A stretch of 64,000 bases of DNA from Lama guanicoe (taxonomy: Eukaryota), in the NCBI GenBank assembly GCA_013239625.1, contig MU053166.1, positions 1 through 64,000 on the forward strand, read 5' to 3'. Positions 13,808 through 27,850 of this stretch are shown in pieces. The position numbers were made by a program, and so were the translations under genes. The notes beneath the pieces were generated by a model. The model saw only the letters and a list, made by a program, of their open reading frames with translations, did no database searches and had not been told where the DNA came from. Positions within the stretch are counted from its first letter, which is position 1. The number at the start of each line of letters is the position of its first letter.

Positions 13808-14966
13808 AATTTTGTACTTTTCTTTGTGAGAAATTTATTGATTCTGGATTTAATTTCTTAAAAAGATTTTGTAGTTCTCCTTGTATCCATTATGGTAAGT
13901 TATGATTTCTAAGGGATTTGTCCATTTCATTTAATTTGTTGAATTTATTGTTTGTTTACCTCACTATTCTTTTTAAATTCTGCAGGATCTGTAATAATGT
14001 TCTCTCTTTTATTCCTGATAATGTTAATTTGTGTCTTTCCCAGACATGTTAAGGACTTGTCAATTTCTACTCTCTAGGAAACATGTTTTGTCTTTGTTGA
14101 TCCTTTCTACTATTTTTCTATTTGCTACTTGACTTATTACCTTTATTGTGTTCGTCCTTATACTCACTTTGAGTTTATTTTGCTCTTCTTGCATTATCTT
14201 CTTGAGGTAGAAATGTAGATAATTAGTATTAACACTTTCATCTTCCCTAAGCATATAATGTTATAAATTTCCCTCTAACCAGTGTTTAAGCTGCATCCCA
14301 CAAATTTTATCCTGTTGTATTTTCATTATCATTTACTTTAAACTATTTTCTATTTTTCTTGTGATTTGTTTGTTGACCTATGTGATATTTGGAAAAGAAT
14401 TGTTTCACTTGTGAATGTGACTTTCTTCATAACAGAACACATTTCTGTTTTATGGATGTCTCATTTAATTCCACTGTGTTCAGACAAAATACCTTGTTAG
14501 AATGAGCAATTTTGAAGGTTGTTGAGAATTGTTTTATGGCCCCCCTCATTATGGTCCTTTGTTAAAATCCTTGAAAAAATGTGTTTAGTGCATTTGTTGG
14601 GTACAGTGTTCTATAAATACCAATTAGGTCAAGTTAATTGGTAGTGTTTAAATTGTCTAAATTTTAGAAAGTCCTATCTTACATAATAGGTTGACCAAAT
14701 TTTGTGTACAGTTTCAGGAGTTGGGGTCACGGACTCGTGGAAACACATACCTGAATTGTGATTAGTAGATGATGTGCCCCTCGTGGTGCCAGCCAGTCAA
14801 CTGTTGCATAGATTAGTTGCCAGCTGATAGCTGTTGTAGAGATCTACTTGCTGAGAGGGGTGTCCTGCCTCTGTCCAGGGTACTTTTTCTGAGAAAGCAG
14901 GTGGTTCATACATTGACAGCGCTTGATCGTGGTGTGACTATCTATTTATCTTTTAAAATTCTCCAG

Positions 14967-14996
14967 ATCGGATGATTTTCACAGTGACCTCATCAG
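14967..14996 (+). other. Candidate 30-nt micro-exon (unconfirmed)
   Basis: ttctccag|ATCGGATGATTTTCACAGTGACCTCATCAG|gtaatg; length divisible by 3; one frame gives SDDFHSDLI. Confidence 0.2.
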
Positions 14997-15819
14997 GTAA
15001 TGTCAGGAGGATCCCCTGCTGGGAAACAAGTCCCTGGATGCAGAGCAAGTTTACCAGTTTGCCCTCAGTGAGTGTCAGAGTAGAACAGTGAACCAAAGTT
15101 ACATGAAGGTGTGGAGCCAGTCAGCAAACCTGTGTAACTGCTCTTTTACCTACACCATAACTCGAGCTGGAAGCAGATCTGTTTCCACTTGAACCCCTGG
15201 TTAATGAGAGAAAGTGTACCAAATTTTGCCTAATGGTCTGTCATTTTATTAATTTGATTTAGAAGTTTTCTTTACTTCTGTGAGTACATATGGGGAGGAC
15301 AGTTGGGGGTAGAGAAAAGCAGGCAAATGTTCAGTCTTCCTTTGCAAACCAGATACTGCCTGACTGGAAGGGAGAAATACATAAATTGTTTGGCTAATCC
15401 CTGCCAACAACCTAATGTCCACCAGTGACAAGCAAATTGGTACGTCATATCAGAACTGATACTTTTGTTTCCAGCCTTATCTTTTGTTTACCCATCTCAG
15501 GGATTTTCAATATGGTTTTGAACAAGAAAATTGTCCCTGGTAAGCCTCAGCTGTTTCCCAAAACTCCCAATAAGAAATAAATGGTAATTTATGTTTAGTA
15601 AAGCCTGTGTGCTTGAAGGTCTCTGGGAGGTTTCTGGATAGTAGAAGATGACAATGGAATCTGATTCTTTTCTTAACACTTACCCACTTTAAATAGAAGT
15701 GATTCTAAATACACTCCACAATTCCCTGTGAACTTAATCAAGATGTTCTGAATATAATGGAACATAATATTGAAGGGAAGAGAAGAATTAATAGTTATTG
15801 AGAAATTTAATCCATTTTT

Positions 15820-16070
15820 AACCTCAAGGCAGAGAGCAGAGTCTATGCCAGACTCTGTGTTCCAAGTTGTTCCTACCTTTCCTCATTCAGTCCTTATAAA
15901 AATCTTGTAAGATGAGCAGTATTGGCCCAATTTAGAGAAAGTGAAGCTGAGTTTCAGATAAAGTCACTACCTGCTCTAGGACTCTGACCAGTAAATACAA
16001 AATCAAAGATGCAAATTCAATTCTTTGCTGTTCCAAAATATATATTAACTCTTCCACTACACCATATTAA
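15820..16070 (-). mobile_element. MIR remnant
   Basis: cctcattcagtccttataaaaatcttgtaagatgagcagtattggcccaatttagagaaagtgaagctgagtttcaga. Confidence 0.55.
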
Positions 16071-16564
16071 CTCCTTTCCTTTCTTTTCTAACTCCAGAAA
16101 CATTATTACTATATTAGGCACTATACTGACTTATTAGATGTATTACATTTAATTGTGTTTAAATGTAATGCAACAAAAATAATCTAAAGTGAAACTTCTG
16201 AAATTCAAATATTTTCTTTCCAAGAGAAATAGTCTTTCTAAGAGATGTCTGTAACATTAAAATATAATAAAAACTATTATGATATTAATGACGTACTTTT
16301 AAGCTATGTGATACTAACCAGTGACAACTCATAAGTTTTCTCCTTTCTGTTAAAGGTGGTGACCTAGATGTTTAAAATTCCTCTCATGGCCTTCCTATAA
16401 CTTCCAAATTTTTGTTTTTTTATAGGTTTACATTTATAATATTCTGAAAATCATAATTCCCTTATTTATTTGGTAATAAGATTAGCTCTACTTTTAATGG
16501 ATTCAATATTCATCCCTGGTCATTTATGGAGTTCCTAACATGAATTTTAATCAGCTGAATTCTA

Positions 16565-19500
16565 TTTTTTAATAAAACTTTAAATTTTGAGGTAACTGTA
16601 GGTTCACATGCACTTTCAATAAATAATGCAGAATGATCTTAAGTACCCTTTCCCCAATGTCCCCCAATAGTAGTGTTTTATAGAACGGTAGTATAATTTC
16701 ACCACTAGGATGATATGGTACAGTCAAGATACAGAGAATTTCCATCACTGCAAGAGTGCCTCACATTGCCCTTTTATAGGCACAACCACTTTCCTCGGAC
16801 CCCACCCCTCCTTAACTGTGGCAACCACAATCTACTCTCTATTTCTATAATAACGTCCTATCAAGAATATAAGAAATGTCAAATACTCCATCTCCCGGCT
16901 TCCTTGTAGGCTCTTTAAATTACGGGATGATGAGAGCAGAGAGGTGGGCTAAACTGGGACTGGGAGGTAAAAAAGATTTTTAATGGAAAGTTTTAAGGAC
17001 ATATTTGTAGATGCACACGCAATTGTCAACAAAATACAGGGAGATCCTGTATACTTTGTCCAGTTTCCCCCATTGTGACAAAAAATTGTTTTAGGGATTG
17101 TAATATAATACCACAACTAGGATATTGACATCGATACATGCCATCAATGGTATTTTGATTCCCCCAGTTTTACTTGTACTCATGTGTGTGTCTGCTTGTA
17201 GGTTCTACACAGTTTTACCTCAGACCTGGGGCTTGTTCAGCTTTTTAAAATAAGTTGGTATATGTCTTTTGAAAATCTGGGAAGTTTTCAGCAGTTATTT
17301 CTTTGCACACTTTTTAAGCCCCACTTTCTGTCTCCTCCCTCTGAGACTGATACCAAGAATTTTAAATATTCTGTTACTGTTCCATCGTTCCCTGAGGCTC
17401 TGTTATTTCTTGTTAATCAGTCTATCATATGTCATTCAATTGGGTAATTTTATTATTCTCTGTTCTGCTTAATTCGTTTGTTTCTTGTTCCCTCCACTCT
17501 GATGTTTAGTGCATCTACTGCATTTTTAGTTCAGTTATTGTATTTTAAGGTATAAACTTTTCATTTGGTTCTCCTTTATGCTTTGTATTGCCTTTCTGAG
17601 ACTTTCTATTTCTTTGCTTAGACTTTCTAGTTTTTCCCATGTTTTAAACATATTCCTCGCTGTGCTGAGGCATTTCATGATGGCTGCTTTAAAACATTTG
17701 TCAGATAATTTTAACATCCCTGTCATATTAGTGGTGACATCTTATTGATTCTCAATTCATCTTGTTTGAAATTTTTCTGATTCTTGGTATTATAACTTTA
17801 AAAAAAATTGAATCATGGGTATTTGGGGTATTATGTTAAACTCTGGGTCTTATTTCAACTTTGTATTTTAGCTAGTTTCCTCTGAAATTGCTTTAACAGG
17901 GAAAGAGTGGGCTTTTACTGCAAGAAGTGGGTAGAAATCCAGGCTTCCTACTTGGCCTCCCTTGACACTCAAGGATATTCCTTGTTGCTGCTCAGCGTGG
18001 GAAGAAGTTTTGGCTTCCCAAGGGGCTTCCATAATACTTCTATGGCTGGGAAGGGTAGGAGTGCCTGGTTACTGCTCCTCACAGGGTCTCAACTGACTGA
18101 TACAATGGGGCCAGGGTGTCTTGGTGAGTGCTGAGTGGTGGTGACATTCCTGAGTTTCTACCAGGCCACCTCTGTTACTATCACCATGTCGATGGGAGTG
18201 GGTGCCCTATTACTGCCTTCTGTTTTCTAATATAAAGTGTTAATGCCTCAAATATTTTTTTCCACCTTAAGAATTTTACTAGAACAAATATCTGGGGCAC
18301 TCTTTCTGAGAAATTTTCTCTGGTACTTAGTGTGAAATTTCAGTATGTAAGTTCTAGAGGTGATTTGTGGGTGGATGGAATGCTAAGGTTTTTAAGTATT
18401 TATTCTGTTTCATTGCTTTTTTTCCCTACTGATACTGAGTACCACGCTTATACAGGTATGTCTAACTTCTCTATCATTTTCTTTAGTATCATTTGGATCC
18501 GTTCATATCTTTTTGTTTTTAGAGATAATTTTCTTAGACAAAAATTGTTCTAGGTTCACAGTAAATTTGAAAGGAAAGTCCAGAGATTTGTCATATACCT
18601 CTTGTTCCTACAATACAAAGCCTACCCTGTTATAAACAGCCCCCACTAGAGTGTCATATTTGTTACAAATGATGAACCTACATTGACATGTCATATTCTC
18701 CCAAAGTCCATAATTTACATTAGGGTTCACTCCTGGTGTTTTATGCTCTATGTGCTTGAACATTATTTAATGACTTGTATTGATCCTAATGGTATTATAC
18801 AGAGCAGGTTCATCATCCCCCCAAAACTCCTGTGATCTGCCTATTCATCCCTTCTCTCCAACTGCTGGCAACCACTGATCTTTTTACTGACTCCATAGTT
18901 TTGCTTGTCCAGTATATCATATAGTTGTGATAATATAGTATGTAGCATTTTTAGATTAGCTTCTTTGATTTACTAATACACATTTAAATTTCCTCCATGT
19001 CTTTTCATGCCTTGATATCTCACTTCCTTTTTAGCACTGAATAATATTCCATTGTCTGAAATGTACTACATTTTATTTATCCACTCCCCTACTAAAGGAC
19101 ATCTTTGTTACCTCAGGTTTTGGCAATTATGAGTAAAGCTGTTACACAGTCCCACAGCTAGGTTTTTCTGGGGATGTACATTTTCAACTCCTTTGGTTAA
19201 ATACCAAGGAGGAATATTGCTGAAATATATGATAACTGTATGCTTCATTTTGTAAGAAACCCCCAAACTGTCTTCCAAGTGTGCATTCCCATTATTAATG
19301 AATAAAAGTTCCTTTAGCACTGCATCCTTGTCAGCATTTGGTGTTGTCAATATTCTGGATTTTATCCATTTTAATATATGTGTAGTGTTATCTCATTGTT
19401 GTCTTCATTGCTTTTTGCTTTAATTTTTTTTTCTCTGCGTCTTTTATTCCTTTAAGGTCTATTTATTATCTATATTTGTTCTTTTCATCTTAGTTTAGAT

Positions 19501-20330
19501 TTCACGATTAAATGATTTTTACTTTTGTGAAAAAGAAATTTTTTTTCTAGAAGACCTTTAGACTTACTAATTTAAGAATTTAATTTTAGAAAAATTAAAA
19601 AGATAGCACAGTTTCCATATGGCCCACACTTAGTTTTGCCTATTATTAGCATCTTACATTATGTGGTGCAATTGTTTAATGAACGGATCGATATTGTTAC
19701 ATTATTATTGTGAACTCAAGTCCATATTTTGTTTTAATGTCCTTTTCCTGTTGCACGATCCCCTCCAAAATTACATTTAATCATCATGTCTCCTTAGGTT
19801 CCTCTTGGGTATGACAGTTACTCAGACTTTCCTTTTTTGGATGACCTTGACAGTTTTAAAGGGTACTGGTCAGATCTTTTGCAGAATGTCCCTTTTTTGG
19901 GGGACATTCTCATTCTCAGACAGGGTTATAAATTATGGGGCAGGAGCAGACTACAAAGGTTGTGTGTCATTTTCTTCATAAAAAATCAAGAGTACATACA
20001 CTAAGCATGAAAGTGCTGTAGATGTTGAGCTTGACCATCTGGCTGAGATAATGTTTACCAGTTTTCTCAAGTAACGTTAGTTACTCTTTCCCCACCCTCC
20101 ACCCTTTCCTTACTAGACTATCTGGAAAGGAGTCACTGTGCACATCTCCCACTTACAGAATGGGAAGCTATGCTTCACCAACTTTAGGGCAGATCATTTA
20201 CATAAATTATTTGGACTTCTGCACAGATTTGTCTGTTTGCCTCATTTATTGAATCATTTGCTTAGTATGGACTCATGGATATTTAGTTTATATTTTGGAT
20301 TATAAAATTATTATACTTTCAAATATTTTC
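16565..20330 (-). mobile_element. Cluster of nested old L1 pieces (L1MB/L1MC-like 3' ends near 16570, 16985, 18520, 19560; 5'/ORF1-like piece 17220-18220)
   Basis: Recurrent ...taggttcacag/tagatgcacacgc starts; ggcaaccactgatctttttactg; gatgaacctacattgaca. Confidence 0.7.
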
Positions 20331-20639
20331 ACTAAGTACTTTATTTGTTAAATTTTCTCTTTTAGATTTGTTATTATTTTAAATTGCTATGATTTAACAT
20401 TTTATTGTTTGCTGATTTATTTTATTATTTGAAACTTCTATAATTTTCCTCATTTTCTCTTAGCTTATTTTGAAACATTAACTTAGTAATTTTTAACCTG
20501 CTATATAGGTAGGTGTTAATGACATGCTTTTCTTATGTAAAGGGATATAATTCCTCTCTTTCTTTTCTTTTTTAAATTATAACAGCTTTGCATGAGATTC
20601 TGTTTCATATCTTTTCTGTGACACATCTGTAGGAGAAAC

Positions 20640-21161
20640 TGTTACCGAGTCCAGAGTCATTCTGCTTGCTGCACGACAGGCCAGTAAATCGGGAGATGAG
20701 ATGTTGGGGCAAGGTACAGTGACTTTATTCGGAAAGCTGGCAGACTGAGAAGATGGCAGAATAATATCTTGGAGAACCATCTTACTCCAGTCAGAATTCA
20801 GGCTCCTTTTATATTGAAAAGGGGAGGGGGTGTGGTTGATTGTTGCAGACTTCTTGGTGTAGGAATTCCTTGTTCTTGTTGCTGTCCACGTGGGTCAGGT
20901 CATGGTGCCCCTGTAAAACCTCTAACAAAACAAATGCTATTTTCTATTCTGCACCTTATTATCTTTATATATGTGCAAAAGTGTTAATATCCTTAAAGGT
21001 CAGAGCCTTGAGAATAGGCTGTCCTGTATATTTCAAGTTAAAGGCAACATTCTTTTACAAACGGTGCACAGCTAGCAAGACTAAGCCTAGAAAACAGGGC
21101 ACAGGGTTAAAGCCAAAGAAACAGACCTAATATGGACACAGATTTGTTCTTTTCTGTTACA
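20640..21161 (-). mobile_element. Solo LTR family A, copy 2
   Basis: TGTTAC..TTACA; flanks aaac/aaat; minus-strand AATAAA (gactttattc). Confidence 0.9.
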
Positions 21162-22624
21162 AAATGATCACACTGCAGTTTTAGGGACGAGAGATGAACA
21201 AGGATATTTACTGAAGTTTCACCCCGCTAGAGCTCCCTCTTCTGTTGTTTTCACCAACTAATCAAAAATATGGCCTCTACTTGCTGAGAACCTCCTCCAC
21301 AGTTCCCCACCGGCTTCAGCCCTGCCTCCCCTTATCTGACTCTTCTCTGTCCTCTGCCCCTGTGCGCCCTGACCTGATCAATTTGGATTCTATACCAGCA
21401 CTGTCTCTTCAATATCAAAAGGGGGCTTCAGTGGGTTGGTTTCTAGATTTCACAGGGCACAGACCCCCAGATAACTTTACCATTTTCAGATGTTCACATG
21501 GTTCGGTGGACTCTCATCCAATGAGGTGGTTCCCACGTGACCCTCCAGCTTTTGCTTCCTTTTTTTGAGAGGGGCTAAGAAGCTTTGCAGCGAGTACCTG
21601 ATAATGACCTGGGCTTTTCTGGATCTAAGGTTTGTCACTAGGCCCTTTGTTTTCCCTTTACTTTCTCTTATGCAGTTTCTGATGTTACGCAGGTAGTTTA
21701 GTTGTTGCTAGTTTGTCTTCACCCACTTTTATTTGTTTTTTTTAATGGAGCAAAATACACATGTAACTGTGTAAGTCTAAGCTGTACAACTTGTTGATTT
21801 GCTACATTTTTATATTACAGTGTGATTGCTGCCATAGCATTAACTTACAGCTCTATCACATTATGTAATTATTGTTATTATTATTTTTGGTGGTGGGAAT
21901 CATTAAGATCTAGGCTCCTAGCAACTTTGCAATTCCTAATACAGGATTATTGACCATAATCACTCTGCCGTGACTCAGCTCTCCAGACTTACTTTTCTAC
22001 TAGTTCCAAGTTTGTATCCTTAAACAAGGTATTTTGACATTCTTGAAGTTAACTTATCACCTTAGTTATGTTTCTGAAGGAATTTCAAAAGATGCAGATT
22101 GCCCATTTATGCCCTAACTATCCTCCCACTATCCTACTTTATATTTAAATTAGATTTTTCACACTGTCTCTTTTGCTCACCTCTGACCTATTGTCCATAT
22201 GTTTCTACATCGTATTTTAATTACTTTTAATTCCGTCATCTCCCATCATTTTTCTCTCACATTGTCATCTTTAATAAAATAGAATTCTAGGATCTAGCCT
22301 GATGTGATTAAGAAAAAAATAACGTATATTAAAATCATTTCCTCCTTCTAGTGCATGTGTTTGTGTGAGGATAATGAATAAGATGTGTGATAAGCACCTT
22401 GAGCAATCTGAGGAAACATGCAAAGAAAATACAGAGGCAACAACATATTATGTATTTGTTTATTTTTACTTTGTAGCTTCTTCCAAACAAAGGCAAAGAG
22501 GCGGGATTATAGTCATTTTAATTAGGTTGCATCTTTCACTACTTTCAGATTTGCTAAATCATGAATTCTGAATCCTTGCAGAAAAAGAGAATGAAGTATA
22601 AAGCCCCTGTATACTTGACAATCT

Positions 22625-22730
22625 AGCTCCTTCCCTTTCTTTTCTTTTTTCTCCTTTCTTTTCCCCTTCCTTTCCTTTGCACTTTCCTACTATGTTTCTT
22701 TCTTTTTTTTCTCCCTCCTTGTCTCTCCTC
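22625..22730. repeat. CT-rich simple sequence
   Basis: Polypyrimidine tract. Confidence 0.7.
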
Positions 22731-24574
22731 TGGCTGTGAAGGACTTGCCTGACACATGATTACAGATGCTTCGAATCTAGTATAACATAAAGTTTGGGGA
22801 AATAATAAATGCACCAAATCACAAAATAGGGCTCCGATTCTATCCTGGTGGACTAAATCTTTTAAAAATGAAATTCAACAGTTTCAGATGTGAGAAGGCA
22901 AACTAAAACATGATGCTGACTGCAGAAAACTTAGGAAGAGAGTAAAAGGCTCTCAGCAGCAGTGTTCTAGTCCGTAGTGACTATAATTTCAGTCAACAAT
23001 ATGAAATGCCCACTGAAGTGCTAAACACCCGAGCCTGCAGTGATTACAGGGAAATTAAGGGGAAAAAAGCCCCACACACTTTTGTCTAGAGTGAGACTGT
23101 GACGTTGTTTTGCTGTGAAGACATAATTTAAGTATTGTGTTTGTATTTAGTGCTTCACTCTAACAAGGTTTTATTCCTGCCAGATGTGTTCTAGTCAGAG
23201 AGACTAGAATGGTGAGATGCCCACAGCTTTTCAATAAGAGTTAGTACCCCGGCTGGTAGCTTGAAAAAGAGAAGATTGTGAGTGTTTCCCCCGCATATTG
23301 ATAGTGTTATTGTGTAGAAGAATTACCTAAGTTCCCCAGTGGCGGATTCACAAAGCACGGGTCAATATGAGAAAGAGTTCAGATGAGTATATGAGGCTTT
23401 TATCAAAGCCAGGCAACAGACAGTAAGGGCTGCCTCAGGGGTGCTGGGGGATCTAAACCACATTTCGAGGACCACTTGGCAAAAATTTTATAGAATATTC
23501 TACAATTTCAAAGATGACTGGGTTTATATGCCTTTTAGAATCTCTTTAAGTTAGAATGCCTGTAATTTTATGAAAGATTCAGCTCGCCTGCAAAGAAATG
23601 ACAAGTATTATCCCTGACTTAAATTCAAATACCATCTTTAAAAAGGAAGTGATTTATACTCAATTATACTTTGAATCCAATTGGGAAAACTATTAAAAAT
23701 ATAATTTAGCCCCTATTTGCATTCTGCCCTAGTGAGATAATTAACATTAACATATAATCCCTGATAAAGGGGGAAAAAAGTTGCAAGAGGTTGAAATATA
23801 CATTACTGACCTCTCACTATCTCATGGCTTTTATTCATCAATAAATAATCCCAAGCTGGTCCTGCCCTCTTTGTGACAACACCATGCAAGGAGTATACAA
23901 ACTAATATAATAAGCTATACAAAGAACTGTTGCTTTTGCATGAAAGGAAAAATTAAGAAGCATCTGAAACAGAGAGGAAGGAGCTGCACAGATTAATTCT
24001 TGCTCCTTTCCCAGTAGTAGCTGTGATGAAACATTGACAAAACTCTGCACGTTGTCACTGAGAGAGAAAAACTGTGTAGATCACCTTTATTGTTTCCTTT
24101 CCTGAAGGGGGAGTAAAAAAGATGGCTGCGGTTCCTCCTGCTAAGGTACTGCGTTCTTGTAAGGACATTTCGCAGAGTAGTAGAACTTTTTAGGTTTTCA
24201 AACTGCAACCTCAGTTTCTTGCTGTGCCTCTACAATTTCCCCAGGGTATAGAATAGCTGAAGAGCAGAAATCATCTAGAGCTCTCAAACTTTATGTTTGA
24301 AGAAAAGACAAAATTCAGATAAAAAGAGAGCCAACAAAATTCATAGGGAGAGACTGCTATGCATTATAAAAAATATAGAAACAGCATAATTGAGAGAGAA
24401 AAACAAAAAGATAAAGCTATGCAATGACCAATGTTTTTATACAGAAGAAAACAACTCAATCCAGAAAAGAAACCTTTCCCAATCACTTACTGATACAGAG
24501 CAACTAAATAAAAACACAAAATTTGTGAAATGAGACCTCAAAAATAAGGAAAGGAGATAAAACAATTTTGTGAT

Positions 24575-25025
24575 GTATGAGAAAGAATAATGGCCCTTGA
24601 ATGATGTCTATGTCCTGATCTCTAGAATTCATGAATATGTTAATTTATATGCCAAAAGAAATTTTATAGATAGGATTAAAATTAAGGAGTTTGATAAAGG
24701 GAATCCTGGGTTATCTGGGTGGGCCAGATCTAATCACAAAGGTCTTTATAAGGGAAAGAGAGTGGCAGGAGAAGCATAGTTAGAGAGAGTGACTGGAAGA
24801 TGCTGTGCAACCATCTTTGAAGACGGAGGAAGCGACAAACGAAGGAATGCAGGTGGCCTCTAGAATTTGGAAAATGTAAGGAGACATCCTCCACTACTGC
24901 CTCCCAAAGGAATGCAGCCTCCTGACCCACTTAAACTTCTTACAGAATTGTAAGAAAGTAAATTTTTGTATTTTAAAGCCCATAAGTTTGTGGTGATTTG
25001 CTAGAGCAGAAAGAGAAAGCCAATG
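24575..25025 (+). mobile_element. MaLR LTR (MLT1C/D-like)
   Basis: gaataatggccct...gatgtctatgtcctgatctctagaa...gaatgcaggtggcctctagaa...taagtttgtggtgatttgctagagcag. Confidence 0.8.
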
Positions 25026-25419
25026 CTAATTATAGGAAACAAATATTGCTCACCTTAAAAAAAGAGGACATGTAAACATTAAATTTAAAAAGAATTCAAG
25101 AAAATGAATAGACACTGCTTCAAGTTGATTTATTAAAAAGAAAGCAAAGTAAGAGATAACCTTAATCAATAGATATGAGACAAGACCAAATAGTTAAACA
25201 GATTAAGAGATAAACATGACAAGGAGAAACGAACATAAAAAAATGGTTCTCCTGATGAAAACATTGAACAAATATATACAGAATTCTGAAAGTACGACAC
25301 AGTTTTCATTTGAAGGTGAAGGGCCTAGGTGGACATTCTCAAACATGGTCCACAAGCTCTTTTGGAAAATAATTAAGTTAAAATGAAATTGATAGTTCCA
25401 CTTTTAGGAAGAGAGAGCG

Positions 25420-27850
25420 ATATTTCTTCTGTTCAATAAGATTAAAACCCTTGGTTATTGTATAAAACAAACATAAGTAGACTTTGAAAGATGGAGAGAG
25501 CAAGGTAGACTGGCAGGGACCTCAGATCCAAAGGATGACTTAGTGGTGAGTTCTCAGGGTTTTCTTTTTGCCTCAAATACCCCAGATGTGGAGCTAAAGA
25601 AGGTGGCAACTCAGAAATGCCAACAAATACTTACAAAAAACCACCAACAAATGCCTGCTCTCCCCAGCAAATGAGTTAGGAGAGGGGCAGCCTAGCAAAA
25701 CAGAACACGTTTAAACAGCAACTACTCAACTCCAGCCAAGCACCACAGAAATATCTGAGCCTCCTCCCACGTGCCCTGCCCCCACCAGTCAAGACCAGGT
25801 GTGAAGCCCAGACTTCCACCAGCATCATGCTGGAAGTGGGCACCGGAAGCTCTCAAACCGACCAGGTGTTGTCAGAGGGAGCCAAGTAAGAGCCAGGATT
25901 TCATCCCCGTCAGCAAGAAGTAGCACCTCCTCTACCTCCAGTAACAGTGGAAACCTCTTGGAAAGCCTGGAATGCAAGGGGAAAAAAAGAATGTTACTTA
26001 AGATGTTCAAATAAATAAAATGTCATCCAAGAATTTCATATCCAGCAAGTCTAATTTTCAAATGTAAGAACCACAGACAAACTATCATGAACACACAAGA
26101 ACTAAGCTTGTATTTTTTCTATTAGCACTTCTCAATTTAACCTAAATTGAGAAAATGCCCTAAAGATCATTGAAACAACTTTAAAAAATCATGGATGTGA
26201 GGATTAGAAGTGGCCATTAAATGTATGTTTACCCACAGAACCAAAATTATATGATGGTGACGAAAGAGACAGAATAGGATGTGATGCCAGTAGTAAGTAA
26301 GGTGGCAGGTGTTGTTGCCTGGTTTTCTGGGAGGAAAAAGCCCTGTTTTGTGTTTGCTGATTTATGTCATGTAAACACTCTCATAATCAATTTCAAGCCA
26401 CCAACTTAAAGAGGATCCTACTGGTAAAAGATGGAACAATTGTGAATTTGTAGAAATAACTGTAGTAAATCAAAGCACATCAAATGCATTTAAACACATG
26501 AATTCATTATGATACAAAAAAAAAAACAAACCCTACTTAATTGATCATTATTAGAGGGTACTACAAAGGAATTAATTCACTTTGAAAACTTGTCAAAAAA
26601 CAACAAATGTTAATTTTGCCTTTCCTTTAAAATCAGGACCTCAGGGCAACAAAATAGTAGAAAAGAGTTCATCTTTGTAAAAATATCCCAGCTTGTACAT
26701 GAGAAAATAAGTAATTTAATCAAAATATAAACATTCACAATACCTAATGAAATAGAGATCTGAACACTGATCATTAATTGCCACTGACATTATCAAAAGA
26801 GGCAACGGTGGCATTAGTTACATCCTGAAGGAAATACAAAGTGCTTCCTGTGAAATAGTCGCACAAATGTGAGATCTAACAATGGATGTGTAATAAATGT
26901 AGAAGCGAGTTGAACGTGTTAAATGACGCCAAGAAAATGCAAGCAGCACACCCAGGTAATGGGAAAGCCACAGGGCAAAAACAAACAAACAGAAAAGCAC
27001 AAGACCCTGAATTCTTTGAAATAAAACATATGAAGATAAAACAGGTATCTAAATCAGGATACCTAAATGACAAGACTTCAGAGGCAAATTAGCAGTCAAA
27101 ATGTATAACTCTTGTTTGGATCTCAATTTGATCAAACATACTGTAAATAGAAAAAGAACAATCGTAGGATGATTAATCAAATGTGTATATTGACTACATA
27201 TTTGGTGATAGAAAAATTGTTCATTGGGGGAGGGTGTGAAGAAGATATTTCTTCACAAAACATTGTCCTGTTTTTACATTTAGCTGTTGTGTTTTACATG
27301 TTGTGTGGTCAGGCCACTCAAGATGGCTGTTCTCTTGCTCTCTGTACACCCTCTGCTCCACTAGTCCCTGCTTCACTCAGGACTGTCCAATCCTCTATTA
27401 TAAGGCTTAGCCAGTCAGTGCCTAAGGGCTTGCTCTCTGCCCCAGCCACTGGTTTCCCTGGTAACTGATGAGACTCCTTTTCCCAGGAGTAGGGAAGATG
27501 CTACCATGTCCTGGCTGCCCTTGTCCCTGCACAGTGGCTGTCACTGCAGGACCTTGTGCTTCAGTCTAGTGGGATTCCCTATCCAATAAACCATCGATGT
27601 CTCTGTTTCTGGGCTTCTTTTTTGGTCTCAAAGCTGGGCAACCACAGGGCTTGCAAGCCTGCAGGGTGCGGTCCAACACACGTATATACCAAAATGTAAT
27701 AATGTATGAGATTCATTTCAAAATCATTGGATGGTGGGTGAACATGTGAAGTTATGAAGAAAATTGGACTGGTCATACTTTGATAATTGTTGAAAGTGGG
27801 TGATGGGTACATGGAAAATCAAAATAGTGTTTTCTTTACTGCTGTGTAAG
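25420..27850 (+). mobile_element. Old L1 fragments (5' UTR-like ~25420-25980; 3' end-like ~26000-27850), interrupted by an LTR
   Basis: agactttgaaagatggagagag...gtggtgagttctcagggttttctttttgcctc; ttgataattgttgaaagtgggtgatgggtacatgg. Confidence 0.55.
27302..27678 (+). mobile_element. Solo LTR, ERVL class (MER54/MER73-like end)
   Basis: TG..CA; 5-bp TSD catgt/cacgt; AATAAA near 27585; ends gcctgcagggtgcggtccaaca. Confidence 0.75.

Larger units (their letters stand above)
11190..14660 (-). mobile_element. Degenerate old L1 (L1M), interrupted by an LTR, an AT low-complexity tract and a gap
   Basis: caccagcaatgtgtgagagttcctgttgctccacatc; ttgaatagaattggtgagagcaaacatccttgc; gctgcatcccacaaatttt. Confidence 0.75.
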
